Assembly (NCBI GenBank): GCA_965223345.1
Contig: CBDCWG010000012.1
Location: 864,001 to 928,000 of the forward strand
Length of the DNA: 64,000 bases
Direction of reading: 5' to 3'
Source: Nitrospinales bacterium
GTDB lineage: Bacteria; Nitrospinota; Nitrospinia; Nitrospinales; VA-1
Position 1 is the first letter of the stretch. Each line of letters starts with the position of its first letter. Both the position numbers and the translations under genes were made by a program. A model generated the notes under the pieces. That model did no database searches and was not told the DNA's origin. It worked only from the letters and a program-made list of their open reading frames with translations. Shown here in pieces: positions 27,215-36,856 of this stretch.

Positions 27215-29585
27215 AAAAACCCTTTCCGTTTTTATCCGGGATTTTCTGGGCATCCTCGCCCTGGCGTTCACGGTGTTTGCTGTTTTGTCGCTGGTGACCT
27301 ACTCGCCTTCGGACCCTTCGATCCACAACGCCGTGGCTGGCAAAACCGAGGTCAAAAACCACGGCGGCCTGGTCGGCGCTTACCTGGCCGATACCCTGGT
27401 GCAGACCTTCGGGACCGGCGCGTTCTTTTTTCCTATCATCACGCTCATCGCCGGCTGGGCTCTGATCCGCGGCAAGGCGTTCGTGCACTGGCCGCTGATC
27501 TTTTTTTCCGGGGTGCTGTTTCTCGCCAGCCTGTGCGCTCTGTTCGCCGTTTTGCTCGACGCCGATCCGTTTTTTGGAAAAAAAGTTCAGACCGGCGGGC
27601 TCACGGGAACGCTGCTCGGTTATTACTCTTTAGCCTGGCTCAATAAAGTGGGTGCGATCCTGACGCTTTCCACGCTGGTGTTCATGTCGCTGCTCGCCAT
27701 GACCCGTACTCCTGTCAATGCCCTGGTGGACCTGGTCCGCGGTGCGGTGGAGTACGTGTTCGAATGGGTCGCCGAGTGGGTGGCCGACACGATGGAAAGC
27801 GTGCGTGAATGGTTCGGTGAAGTGCGTGCGGAACGCGCCGAGCGGGCCGAGCGCAAGGAAAAGGAGCGACCTTCGGAGCCGGTGATCGTGACCCACGCTC
27901 CGCCTCCGCCTGCGGCGAGTCCGGCGCTGGTTGAAAGCAAGCCGAAAAAGAAAAAGGAGCCGCCGAAAATCATCGAGACGCCGTTCACCGAAGAAGAATT
28001 CGTGATCGAGGACGACGAGGAGGAAGAAGAGGAGACCGGCGAGTATCAGGTGCCGCCGCTGTCTTTGCTGGAGGATCCGCCGGAAAAAATGGATTCCGAG
28101 GAACTGCGGGAGGAGATCCTGCACAACAGTTCGGTGCTCGAGCAGAAGCTGGCGGATTTCGGCATCGAAGGCCGCGTCGTGCAGGTGCTGCCGGGACCGG
28201 TGATCACGCTGTTCGAATTCGAGCTGGCGCCGGGCATCAAGGTGAGCCGCATCATGTCCCTCTCCGACGATCTGGCGCTGGCCATGCGCGCCATGAGCAT
28301 CCGCATCCTCGCGCCGGTTCCGGGGAAATCCGTGGTGGGGATCGAGATTCCCAACACCAAAAAGGAAACGGTTTATTTCAAGGAGATCATGTCCTCGGCG
28401 GCCTTCCACGAATCGGAATCGCCGTTGACGCTGGCGATCGGCAAGGACAACATCGGCCAGCCCATGGTGCAGGACCTCGCGACCGTCCCGCATCTGCTGA
28501 TGGCCGGTTCCACCGGATCGGGCAAGAGTGTGGGCATGAACTCGATGATCTGCAGCATCCTGCTGAACGCTTCTCCCGATGAAGTGAAGATGATCATGGT
28601 CGATCCGAAAATGCTCGAGCTGTCGATCTACGACGGCATCCCGCATCTGATCGCGCCGGTGGTGACCAACCCGAAAAAAGCCGCCGCGGCGCTGCAGTGG
28701 GCGGTCACGGAGATGGAAAACCGCTACAAGCTGATGGCCAAGGCGGGCGTGCGCAATATCACGGGCTACAACAATTACGTCGATGAATTGCTGGAAGAAG
28801 AATACGAGGAGGAAGAGGACGAGGAACTCGAAGAAGAGGAATGCGAGGAAGAAGAATACGAAGAGGAAGAAGATGAGGATGAGGATGAAGAGGAAGCCTC
28901 CGATGAAACGGAAGAAGAACTGCCCACACGGCTTCCCTACATCGTCATTCTGATCGACGAGCTTGCGGACCTGATGATGGTAGCGTCGAAAGGCGTGGAA
29001 GAATCGCTGACCCGGCTGGCGCAGATGGCGCGTGCGGCGGGGATTCATCTCATCGTCGCGACGCAGCGTCCTTCCGTGGACGTGCTGACGGGAATCATCA
29101 AGGCGAATTTCCCGGCGCGCATTTCCTACAAAGTGACCTCGCGGGTGGACTCGCGCACCATTCTCGACTCGATGGGCGCGGACCGGCTGCTGGGCAAAGG
29201 CGACATGCTGTTTCTGGCGCCGGGCACCTCCAAGCTGATGCGCATCCACGGGGCGATGGTGAGCGACGCGGAGATCAACCGCATCGTCAAGACCATCAAG
29301 GAACAGAAGCGGCCGGATTACCAGGAAGAAATCTTTGAGGCGGCTCTGGCGGCGGAAAAGCCGGACGAAGAGAACGAGGAATTCGATGAGAAGTACGATG
29401 AGGCCGTGGCGATCGTGGCCAAAGACCGGCAGGCTTCCATCTCCTACATACAGCGTCGACTTCGGATCGGCTACAACCGTGCCGCCCGGATTATAGAAAC
29501 CATGGAAAAAGAGGGCGTGGTAGGTCCCTCCGACGGGGTCAAACCGCGTGAAATCTATGTCAAACCAATACTGCTCGAAGAATAA
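27207..29585 (+). CDS. ftsK: DNA translocase FtsK
   Basis: N-terminal TMs, AGSTGSGKS Walker A, IDELADLM, ATQRPSVDV, gamma domain QRRLRIGYNRAAR. Confidence 0.97.
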   Translation: MNEKTLSVFIRDFLGILALAFTVFAVLSLVTYSPSDPSIHNAVAGKTEVKNHGGLVGAYLADTLVQTFGTGAFFFPIITLIAGWALIRGKAFVHWPLIFFSGVLFLASLCALFAVLLDADPFFGKKVQTGGLTGTLLGYYSLAWLNKVGAILTLSTLVFMSLLAMTRTPVNALVDLVRGAVEYVFEWVAEWVADTMESVREWFGEVRAERAERAERKEKERPSEPVIVTHAPPPPAASPALVESKPKKKKEPPKIIETPFTEEEFVIEDDEEEEEETGEYQVPPLSLLEDPPEKMDSEELREEILHNSSVLEQKLADFGIEGRVVQVLPGPVITLFEFELAPGIKVSRIMSLSDDLALAMRAMSIRILAPVPGKSVVGIEIPNTKKETVYFKEIMSSAAFHESESPLTLAIGKDNIGQPMVQDLATVPHLLMAGSTGSGKSVGMNSMICSILLNASPDEVKMIMVDPKMLELSIYDGIPHLIAPVVTNPKKAAAALQWAVTEMENRYKLMAKAGVRNITGYNNYVDELLEEEYEEEEDEELEEEECEEEEYEEEEDEDEDEEEASDETEEELPTRLPYIVILIDELADLMMVASKGVEESLTRLAQMARAAGIHLIVATQRPSVDVLTGIIKANFPARISYKVTSRVDSRTILDSMGADRLLGKGDMLFLAPGTSKLMRIHGAMVSDAEINRIVKTIKEQKRPDYQEEIFEAALAAEKPDEENEEFDEKYDEAVAIVAKDRQASISYIQRRLRIGYNRAARIIETMEKEGVVGPSDGVKPREIYVKPILLEE

Positions 29586-30480
29586 CATCATTCGCAAGTT
29601 GGGCTTTCTCGTGGCCGGGGCGGCACTGTGTTTCGCGCTCGTTTTTCCTTTCCCGGGTCAGGCCGGCGTCTATACCTGGAAGGACAAGTCCGGCAAGGTG
29701 CATTTCACCGACAAGCTGCACAAGATTCCGCCGGAGTACCGCACCAAGGAAAAGGGATTCAAAAAATACAAGAACGCGCGGCCCGCGGCCCGGGGTTCCA
29801 CAGGCTCCGGCATGCACGTCCCGACTCCGGCCAGCCACACGCCCGGAACGTTCCAGAAAAAGGAATACGTGATTCCGTTGATCCCCACACGCGGCGGCAA
29901 CTTCATGGCCGAGGTGGTGCTGAACGGTCAGGTGACGGCGCATTTGATGGTCGATACGGGAGCCTCGCTGGTGACCCTTTCCAAAGAGATCGGCGAACGG
30001 CTGGGATTCGGTTCCTTCAGCGATGCGCCGCAGATCCCCTTCAACACCGCAGGCGGACAGGTGTGGATGCCGATGGTCGCCCTCGACACGGTGCGGGTGG
30101 GCAATGCGGAGGTGAACATCGTGGAGGCGAGCCTCAACGATCAGATGGGCGATCTGGACGGTCTATTGGGCATGAGTTTTCTCGGCGACTACCGGGTGGA
30201 AATGGACCAGGCCCGCTCGCGCATGATCCTGCGTCCCCTGGGCGATCCGTCAGAAGAAGCCTGGGGCGGCAAGACCGCCATGTGGTGGAAATCGCGCTTC
30301 ATGGGCTACACCAACAAGATCCGCGATTTCGAAGCGGAAGCCAACCGGCTGCAGAAAGTCCACCATCCGCAGGCCGACAAAATACACAAAATGGTCGGTT
30401 TCTATAAAGACCTGCATCGTAAGCTCGACCTTCAGGCCTCCCAGTCCGGGGTTCCGATGCTGTATCGCTCATATCCCTGA
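29557..30480 (+). CDS. Exported retropepsin-like aspartic protease with N-terminal DUF4124-like domain
   Basis: Signal peptide, VYTWKDKSGKVHFTD, LMVDTGAS, GLLGMSFL. Confidence 0.85.
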   Translation: MSNQYCSKNNIIRKLGFLVAGAALCFALVFPFPGQAGVYTWKDKSGKVHFTDKLHKIPPEYRTKEKGFKKYKNARPAARGSTGSGMHVPTPASHTPGTFQKKEYVIPLIPTRGGNFMAEVVLNGQVTAHLMVDTGASLVTLSKEIGERLGFGSFSDAPQIPFNTAGGQVWMPMVALDTVRVGNAEVNIVEASLNDQMGDLDGLLGMSFLGDYRVEMDQARSRMILRPLGDPSEEAWGGKTAMWWKSRFMGYTNKIRDFEAEANRLQKVHHPQADKIHKMVGFYKDLHRKLDLQASQSGVPMLYRSYP

Positions 30481-30510
30481 GAAACCCTTGCAGCCGCAAT
30501 CGCAGGATAG

Positions 30511-30540
30511 AAAACCCGGCGCTTTTTGCTCCGGGTTTTT
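30511..30540 (+). terminator. Probable intrinsic terminator
   Basis: AAAACCCGG...CCGGGTTTTT hairpin after protease gene. Confidence 0.55.
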
Positions 30541-30588
30541 CGTTTTTGCGGCACAGGCTGCGGCTTGCGCACACCTATCGCTGGATCC

Positions 30589-31377
30589 ATGAAAGAAACT
30601 CCCGAACCTGCGACCCGGTCCGATTCTGCGGACGCTCCCGTTTTGTTCGTGTTGCTGGGAGCCAGCAACCTGCATCGCGGCTATGGGGCCCTGACCGATT
30701 GCCTCAGGCGCTCGCTTTTTCCCCGCAGAGTGGAATTCCTCACGGCCATGGGGCCGGGCCGGGCCTACTGCGCGCAGGGCGGCTTTCTCTTTGTCCGCTA
30801 TCCTGCGATCGGCTCGATCGGGATTTTGCAGGCGGCAAAGCAGCGGAAACAGGCAGGCGTCCGGGTGGTGGCGCTGATCACCGATATCGGCTCGGATATC
30901 ATGTACAATGTGCCGGTTGCAGAAATCCGCGCCACGCTGGAGCGGATCTTCCAGGAACTCAGCGCTTTGGAGGCTGAGGTGTTTGTGACGGAGATACCGG
31001 TGAACCTGAACGAGATTCCTCCCTGGCAATTCACGTTGCTCAAGCGGTTGTATTTTCCGAGAAGCCCCAAACGCTTCGATGAGGTCAGCGAGGCGGTCGC
31101 ATCTGTGAATGCGTTTTTGCGGCAGTCCGCGCAGGGCCGTGTTCACCTGCTTCCCAATATGCGTTCCTTCTGCGGGTTCGATAAGATTCACTACAAAAGC
31201 CTGCAAATCCACAGAGTGTGGGAGCAGGTCGCCGCCGCGATGCTTGCGGTTCTCGGTGTCCCGCATCCCAAACCCATTCGCCTCACCGCCACCGCACGGT
31301 CTTTGGCGGCGAGTCTGGACCGCCTGCTGTTCTGCGATTTCACGCCGCTCAGGAAAAAAAGCGGCGATCTGTATTGA
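30589..31377 (+). CDS. Hypothetical protein, SGNH/GDSL hydrolase-like
   Basis: LLGASNL, DIGSDI and GFDKIH resemble SGNH blocks I, III and V. Confidence 0.55.
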   Translation: MKETPEPATRSDSADAPVLFVLLGASNLHRGYGALTDCLRRSLFPRRVEFLTAMGPGRAYCAQGGFLFVRYPAIGSIGILQAAKQRKQAGVRVVALITDIGSDIMYNVPVAEIRATLERIFQELSALEAEVFVTEIPVNLNEIPPWQFTLLKRLYFPRSPKRFDEVSEAVASVNAFLRQSAQGRVHLLPNMRSFCGFDKIHYKSLQIHRVWEQVAAAMLAVLGVPHPKPIRLTATARSLAASLDRLLFCDFTPLRKKSGDLY

Positions 31378-31394
31378 GCCCATGAGATCGTGAG

Positions 31395-32177
31395 ATGGGA
31401 ATTCCGCGCGCCGCACTCCGCATTCTGACACTGGTTTTGACCTACTGCGTTTTCGCTGTGATCGGGTTGGTGGTTTGGCCGTTGCGCCTGCTTTCCCCCG
31501 ATGCGCATCTCCGCCTCCTCGCTGTGCTCACCCGCGCCTGGGCCGCGTCGTCCTGCTTCCTGTTCGGCATTCGCGTGCGACTCGAAGGCGAACGCGCGGT
31601 CCCGCAGGGTTCGCTGATCGTGGCCAACCACGTGGGAACCCCGGACATCTTCGTTCTCGGGTCGTGTTTTCCTGCGTTTTACGTTTCCAAATCCGAAATC
31701 GCAAGCTGGCCGCTGCTCAGCATAATAGCCCGAATGGGCTGTACCATTTTTGCGGAGCGGACCCGCAGGCAGCAAATCAGCGATCTGGTGGAACAGATCC
31801 GGGAGCGTCTGAGCAAGGGATGTTCGGTGATTCTTTTTCCCGAAGGGGGCGCCACCGACGGCTCGGATGTGATCGCGTTCAAGTCCTCGCCGTTCGAGGC
31901 GGCGGTGCAGGCCAAAAGTGCGGTGGTTCCGGTGACCGTGCTGTACCACGACGGCGACCGCCCCTCGGTGGCCTGCTGGTACAAGATGCCGTTCATGGCT
32001 CATATATGGAGACTGCTCAAACTGCCGCGGCTGGACGTCACCTGCATCGTGCATGCAAGCATTCAGGGGGAAACCGACCGGCGCCGGCTCGCCGAAATCA
32101 GCCGCCGCCAGATCCGGGATGCCCACGCCGCCCGAACGGAGGCGGGGGGTGCGGATAAAACAGCCGGTCTATCCTGA
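31395..32177 (+). CDS. Lysophospholipid acyltransferase (PlsC family)
   Basis: ANHVGTPD (HX4D), SKSEI, FPEGG. Confidence 0.9.
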   Translation: MGIPRAALRILTLVLTYCVFAVIGLVVWPLRLLSPDAHLRLLAVLTRAWAASSCFLFGIRVRLEGERAVPQGSLIVANHVGTPDIFVLGSCFPAFYVSKSEIASWPLLSIIARMGCTIFAERTRRQQISDLVEQIRERLSKGCSVILFPEGGATDGSDVIAFKSSPFEAAVQAKSAVVPVTVLYHDGDRPSVACWYKMPFMAHIWRLLKLPRLDVTCIVHASIQGETDRRRLAEISRRQIRDAHAARTEAGGADKTAGLS

Positions 32178-32313
32178 TGCCGGGCTTGTCTATTTTTGGA
32201 AACGTGATTTAATAAGGGCTTTCAAATTTCCCAGTTTGCAGGCGGCGCCCCCGGGTTGCCCGGCCCTGAGACGGATTGTGACGCTGTCGAAACCCTAAAA
32301 TCGGAACGCAAAG

Positions 32314-32820
32314 ATGATTCATCCATTCAAAGAAAAGACCCCCAAAGTGGATTCCTCCTGCCTGGTCATGGAGAGCGCGCAGGTGATCGGCGACGTGGAG
32401 ATCGGCGAGGAGAGCAGCGTGTGGTTCAATGCGGTCATCCGGGGCGATGTCAATCACATCCGCATCGGCAACCACACCAATATCCAGGATGGATGCGTAC
32501 TGCATGTGGCGCGGAAGACCCATCCCTTGATCATCGGCGACGAGGTCACCGTCGGGCACAACGTCACGCTGCACGCTTGCACCATCGAGTCGCGCTGCCT
32601 CATCGGCATGGGGGCGATCGTGATGGACGGCGCAAAGATCGGGGAAAATTCGATCGTCGGCGCGGGGGCTCTGGTCACCTCGGGCACCGAAATTCCTCCC
32701 AACAGCATGGTTCTGGGGTCTCCCGCCAAAGTGAAGCGCTCGCTGACCGAAGAGGAGATCCGCGCCATCCGCGAATCGGCGGCGCATTATGTGGGCGATA
32801 TCGAAACGTATCTGGATTGA
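32314..32820 (+). CDS. Gamma carbonic anhydrase family protein (YrdA-like)
   Basis: Hexapeptide repeats, RGDVN, NIQDG, three His ligands. Confidence 0.92.
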   Translation: MIHPFKEKTPKVDSSCLVMESAQVIGDVEIGEESSVWFNAVIRGDVNHIRIGNHTNIQDGCVLHVARKTHPLIIGDEVTVGHNVTLHACTIESRCLIGMGAIVMDGAKIGENSIVGAGALVTSGTEIPPNSMVLGSPAKVKRSLTEEEIRAIRESAAHYVGDIETYLD

Positions 32821-32853
32821 GGTTCCGTTTGCGCGGGCCGGGAATGGCGATCG

Positions 32854-33732
32854 ATGATGAAGGCAACCTGGGCGGTGATCGGCGGCAGCGGCGCTTACCG
32901 GCTGTTGACAGACGGTGCGCTGGGGCAGGAGAAAGAGTGCGCGCAGCTGGACACGCCGTTCGGCAAGAGCGCTCCTTTGCACCGTTTCGCAGCAGAGGAA
33001 CGCGATTTTCTGTTTTTATCCCGGCACGGCGAGGAGGATTATTCCATCACCGCGCCTTTCGTGAACTACCGCGCCAACATCTATGCGCTCAAGGAATGCG
33101 GCGTGCAACGCATCGTCGCCTGGTCCGGCCCCGGCATCATCGATCCCCGGTTCAAGCCGGGCGATTTCGTGGTTCCGCACGATCTGATCGACGAAACCCG
33201 CACGCGCGAATCGACGTTTTTCAAAAACAAGGGCATCGGTTTCATCCGGCAGAACCAGCCGTTCTGCCCCGAGATCCGCTGGGCGCTGCACGAAGCGGTG
33301 CACAACAGCGGGACGCCGCATCATGAGGAAGGCGTTTACGTGTGCACCGAAGGGCCGCGGCTGGAGTCGGCGGCGGAGATCCGCAAATTCCGCATTCTGG
33401 GCGCGGATCTGGTGGGCATGACGCTGATCCCCGAGACGTTTCTCGCGCGCGAGCTGGAAATGTGTTACGCCCCGGTCTGCTACCTCACCAATTACGCGGA
33501 AGGCGTGGTGCCGCGGCAGTTTGAGTCCGGCAAACTGTTCGAGGGCATGCAGACCGAATCGGAAAAAGCGCAGGTGGACGCGACGGTCGCCCGTTTCCCG
33601 CAGCTGATCGCCCTGTGCTTCGAGCACCTCAAGCAACTGGAGCGGGGCTGCGACTGCAAGGATGCGATGCGCCGTTACAAGGACAAGGGCATGATCGGCG
33701 AGGACTGGCGTGCCTGGATCGGTCCTCCTTAA
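32854..33732 (+). CDS. Methylthioadenosine phosphorylase family purine nucleoside phosphorylase
   Basis: IGGSG, TPFG, RHG, VNYRANIYAL, EGPRLES, LVGMT. Confidence 0.9.
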   Translation: MMKATWAVIGGSGAYRLLTDGALGQEKECAQLDTPFGKSAPLHRFAAEERDFLFLSRHGEEDYSITAPFVNYRANIYALKECGVQRIVAWSGPGIIDPRFKPGDFVVPHDLIDETRTRESTFFKNKGIGFIRQNQPFCPEIRWALHEAVHNSGTPHHEEGVYVCTEGPRLESAAEIRKFRILGADLVGMTLIPETFLARELEMCYAPVCYLTNYAEGVVPRQFESGKLFEGMQTESEKAQVDATVARFPQLIALCFEHLKQLERGCDCKDAMRRYKDKGMIGEDWRAWIGPP

Positions 33733-33799
33733 AATCGTATGCGGTTCAAACACCGGTCTCTGAAACCGGTATCCTTCAACCTCTGAATGCAAACCCATT

Positions 33800-34729
33800 A
33801 TGGCCAATCCATCTTCCAAAAAGGCGATTTTCGCCGCGTTGATCGGCAACTCCCTGATCGCGATCACCAAGTTCGGCGCCTCCGTTTACACGGGCAGCTC
33901 GGCGATGTTCAGCGAGGCGGTGCACTCGCTGGTGGACACCGGCAACCAGGGGCTTCTGCTTTACGGGATGAAGCGGGCGAAGCGGCCGGCGGACAAATCG
34001 CATCCGTTCGGTTACGGCATGGAACTTTATTTCTGGAGTTTTGTGGTCGCCATTCTGATTTTCGGCCTGGGCGCCGGGATCTCCATCTATGAGGGCATCC
34101 ACAAAATCCAGGAGCCGGAGATCATTACCAACCCGATGATCAATTACATCGTTCTGGCATTGGCGATGGTGTTCGAGGGCGTGGCCTGGGCAGTGGCTTA
34201 CAAGGAATTCAGGAAAACCCAGGGCAAATTCACGCTGCTCGCTGCGGTGCGGCGCAGCAAAGATCCGACGCTGTTCACGGTGTTGTTCGAAGACACGGCG
34301 GCGATGCTGGGGCTGATCGTGGCGATGGTCGGCATTTTTCTGGCGCAGACACTGCAAATGCCCGTTCTGGACGGGGTGGCCTCGGTGTTGATTGGCTGCA
34401 TCCTGGCCATCACGGCGGCGCTGCTGGCGGTCGAATGCAAGGGCCTGCTGGTGGGGGAAGCGGCCAGCGAGCGTGTGACTTCGGGCATCCGGGAAATCAT
34501 CACCAGCAGCCCGCTCATCCTCAATGTCAACGAGGTGCTCACCGTGCATTTCGGTCCCAGGGACGTGCTGTTGAACGTCAGCCTGGATTTCAAGGACCAG
34601 ATGTCCTCAGCCGAAGTGGAAGAAGCCGTGACGCACATGGAGTCGAAAATCAAGACGGCGTTTCCCGAGGTCAAGCGGGTGTTCATCGAGGCGCAAAGCT
34701 GGCTGGCGCAGTCGCGCCAGGAAGAATGA
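33800..34729 (+). CDS. Cation diffusion facilitator family transporter
   Basis: SEAVHSLVD, HPFGYG, EDTAA, six TMs plus C-terminal domain. Confidence 0.93.
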   Translation: MANPSSKKAIFAALIGNSLIAITKFGASVYTGSSAMFSEAVHSLVDTGNQGLLLYGMKRAKRPADKSHPFGYGMELYFWSFVVAILIFGLGAGISIYEGIHKIQEPEIITNPMINYIVLALAMVFEGVAWAVAYKEFRKTQGKFTLLAAVRRSKDPTLFTVLFEDTAAMLGLIVAMVGIFLAQTLQMPVLDGVASVLIGCILAITAALLAVECKGLLVGEAASERVTSGIREIITSSPLILNVNEVLTVHFGPRDVLLNVSLDFKDQMSSAEVEEAVTHMESKIKTAFPEVKRVFIEAQSWLAQSRQEE

Positions 34730-34776
34730 CGGCGCTGTGGTAGTTGCCGGGCTGGAATTGCGTTGTTTAAGCGGTA

Positions 34777-35187
34777 TCAGTACTCGCTGGCGGGAACTTT
34801 TTTGCCCAGCACTTCCAGGATGGTCTGGGTCAGGCGGCGGAAATCGACGGGGATCGAAACGAACCGCGCCACGCCTTCCTGCTCGGGCGGCCGCGACCGG
34901 TCGGTTTCTTCCGGATCGATCAGCATGATGATGGGAAGGTCCCGGTAATCGGGATGGCCCTTGATGGTCTTTACCAACTCGACGCCGCTGGTTTCGAGGC
35001 GAAACCAGTTGGAGATGACGAGCCCGAAATTGCCGCGTTTCAGATAGTCCAGCATGCAGCGCCCGTTGACCGCCATCTCGACGGCGTTGAATCCGTTTTT
35101 TTTCAGGCCCGAAAGCACGTGCAGGCTGAACAGGGACATGTCGTCCACCAGCAGGATTTTGACGTCGTCGGCCACGGGTTCGTTCAT
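34777..35187 (-). CDS. Single-domain CheY-like receiver, atypical (no phosphoacceptor Asp)
   Basis: ILLVDD, AVNG, LVISNW, SGVELVKTIK, LPIIML. Confidence 0.75.
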   Translation of the reverse strand: MNEPVADDVKILLVDDMSLFSLHVLSGLKKNGFNAVEMAVNGRCMLDYLKRGNFGLVISNWFRLETSGVELVKTIKGHPDYRDLPIIMLIDPEETDRSRPPEQEGVARFVSIPVDFRRLTQTILEVLGKKVPASEY

Positions 35188-35454
35188 GAGTCGATTCCAT
35201 TCGGCGCGGAAACCACCCTTCAGGGTGTACCGGAGGAGGAGACTAACCTCAAACCTGAAGGATGGCTCCGCAACAATAAGGACATGAAAATCAATGATTC
35301 CGGCTCATTCAGAATGGCAGGGCACTGTGGCGGTTGGGTCAAGGTCGTGTCACGATTGTATGACGATTTCGGTTTTCTGAACCTGTGAGGAAGGATTGAA
35401 ATACCGCCGCTTGTGAAGGGGGGCGGATCGAATCCAGAGGAAGCAGAAAAGTTG

Positions 35455-35489
35455 AAAAACCGGAGGCGGATTTGCCTCCGGTTTTTTTT
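35455..35489. terminator. Intrinsic terminator after DUF3365 gene
   Basis: AAAAACCGGAGGC-GGATTT-GCCTCCGGTTTTT. Confidence 0.8.
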
Positions 35490-35526
35490 GTGCATGAAAC
35501 CAAATCAAGGAGAGAACGGCCGATCG

Positions 35527-36636
35527 CTATCCATCCGCGTCCAGGTCGAGGGTCACGACGATGCCTCCCATCACCTGCTTGAGTTGAAAATCCTTTTTGG
35601 GACTGTTGGGGTGGGTGTTGTGGCATTGGATGCAGCCCTGGGTGACCGCAAAATCCGGATACACAGACTGGTAATAGCGCTTTTTCCCCTGCTTGAATTG
35701 CCCGGTGTAGGGGCGGACCGGATGGATGTCTACGATCTCAAGGCCTTTGCGCTCGAAATCGCTGGCCGGGTGGTTGCGCGGATTGATCGGCCACAGGCTG
35801 ATCAAACGAAAATCGATGCCGACATTGCGTTTCGCCACCAGTTGCGAGGCGTTCAATAAGAACTGGGCGGGAAGGAGCAGCCCGTCCTCGCTTTGCCACC
35901 GTTCCGAGGCACGCACGATGTTTTTGCTTTGCAGCCGGTCCACGATGTATTGCGAATATACCCGGCGGTCCGACTCCAATATGGCGTGCACATAATCGGA
36001 AACCACGGCGGGGGTGAGCAGGTGATTCTTCACGTCGGGTTTTTTCACGTGCTTGCCCAGAGGAAGGTTGACGAGAATGCCTCCCATGACATCTCCCAGT
36101 TTGAAATCCTTCTTGGGACTGTTGGGGTGGGTGTTGTGGCAGGAAACGCAGGAATCGGACGTGGCGACATCGGGATAGATGGCCTGGTAGTACCAGATGT
36201 CGCCGGTTTTCACGATCCAGGTGAACGGTTTGGAAGCATCTTTGGCGACCTGGCGCAGTCCCACCTGTTGTTCTTTCGATTGCGGTGCGTTGCTGCGATT
36301 GATCGGCCACAAGCTCATCAGGTGATAGCGCAAGCCGATTCCACTTTCATTTGTCAGTTGCGAGGATTTCAATAAAAACTGGGCGGGCAAAAGCAGGGTG
36401 TCGTCCTGTTCCCAGTTTTCGCTGGCGGTGAGCGAAATTTTTTTGGCCAGGCGGTCCACGATGTATTGGGAGTAAATCCTCCGGTCCGCTTGAATGACGG
36501 CATGGATGTAGTCGGCGGAAACCCTGGGTGTGAGGCCTTCGAGTTGGTGGTTGGAATCTGCGAGCAGAATGTCGCTGGATACGAGGGTGGAAACCAAAGT
36601 GATTGAAAATAGAATTCGTACAGTGAAGATACGCAT
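35527..36636 (-). CDS. Periplasmic diheme c-type cytochrome with two tandem DUF3365 (Tll0287-like) domains
   Basis: Signal peptide; CVSCH and CIQCH; duplicated LPAQFL...SLWPIN...PKKDF..G.VMGG. Confidence 0.85.
   Translation of the reverse strand: MRIFTVRILFSITLVSTLVSSDILLADSNHQLEGLTPRVSADYIHAVIQADRRIYSQYIVDRLAKKISLTASENWEQDDTLLLPAQFLLKSSQLTNESGIGLRYHLMSLWPINRSNAPQSKEQQVGLRQVAKDASKPFTWIVKTGDIWYYQAIYPDVATSDSCVSCHNTHPNSPKKDFKLGDVMGGILVNLPLGKHVKKPDVKNHLLTPAVVSDYVHAILESDRRVYSQYIVDRLQSKNIVRASERWQSEDGLLLPAQFLLNASQLVAKRNVGIDFRLISLWPINPRNHPASDFERKGLEIVDIHPVRPYTGQFKQGKKRYYQSVYPDFAVTQGCIQCHNTHPNSPKKDFQLKQVMGGIVVTLDLDADG
35597..36141. repeat. Identical 29-nt direct repeat (35597-35625 and 36113-36141) within the duplicated cytochrome domains
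   Basis: TTGGGACTGTTGGGGTGGGTGTTGTGGCA occurs twice, 516 nt apart. Confidence 0.9.
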
Positions 36637-36856
36637 GATCCGGCCCCCCGGAAATAAGGGTGGATGATAGTGGGTTCTGTCGGGAACACCCCTCAAATAT
36701 AGGCCGCTGCGGGTCGCGCCGCAATGCGTTGCAACAGCGGGGTCCCGGCGCAATGCGGGCAATTTCAGAACCGGTGGTTGTTTCAAATCGAGGAAGCCGA
36801 GCCGGAGGGGTTGCGTGGGTCGCGCTTGAGTTCGAAAGGAGGCGGCTTGCTGTTTT

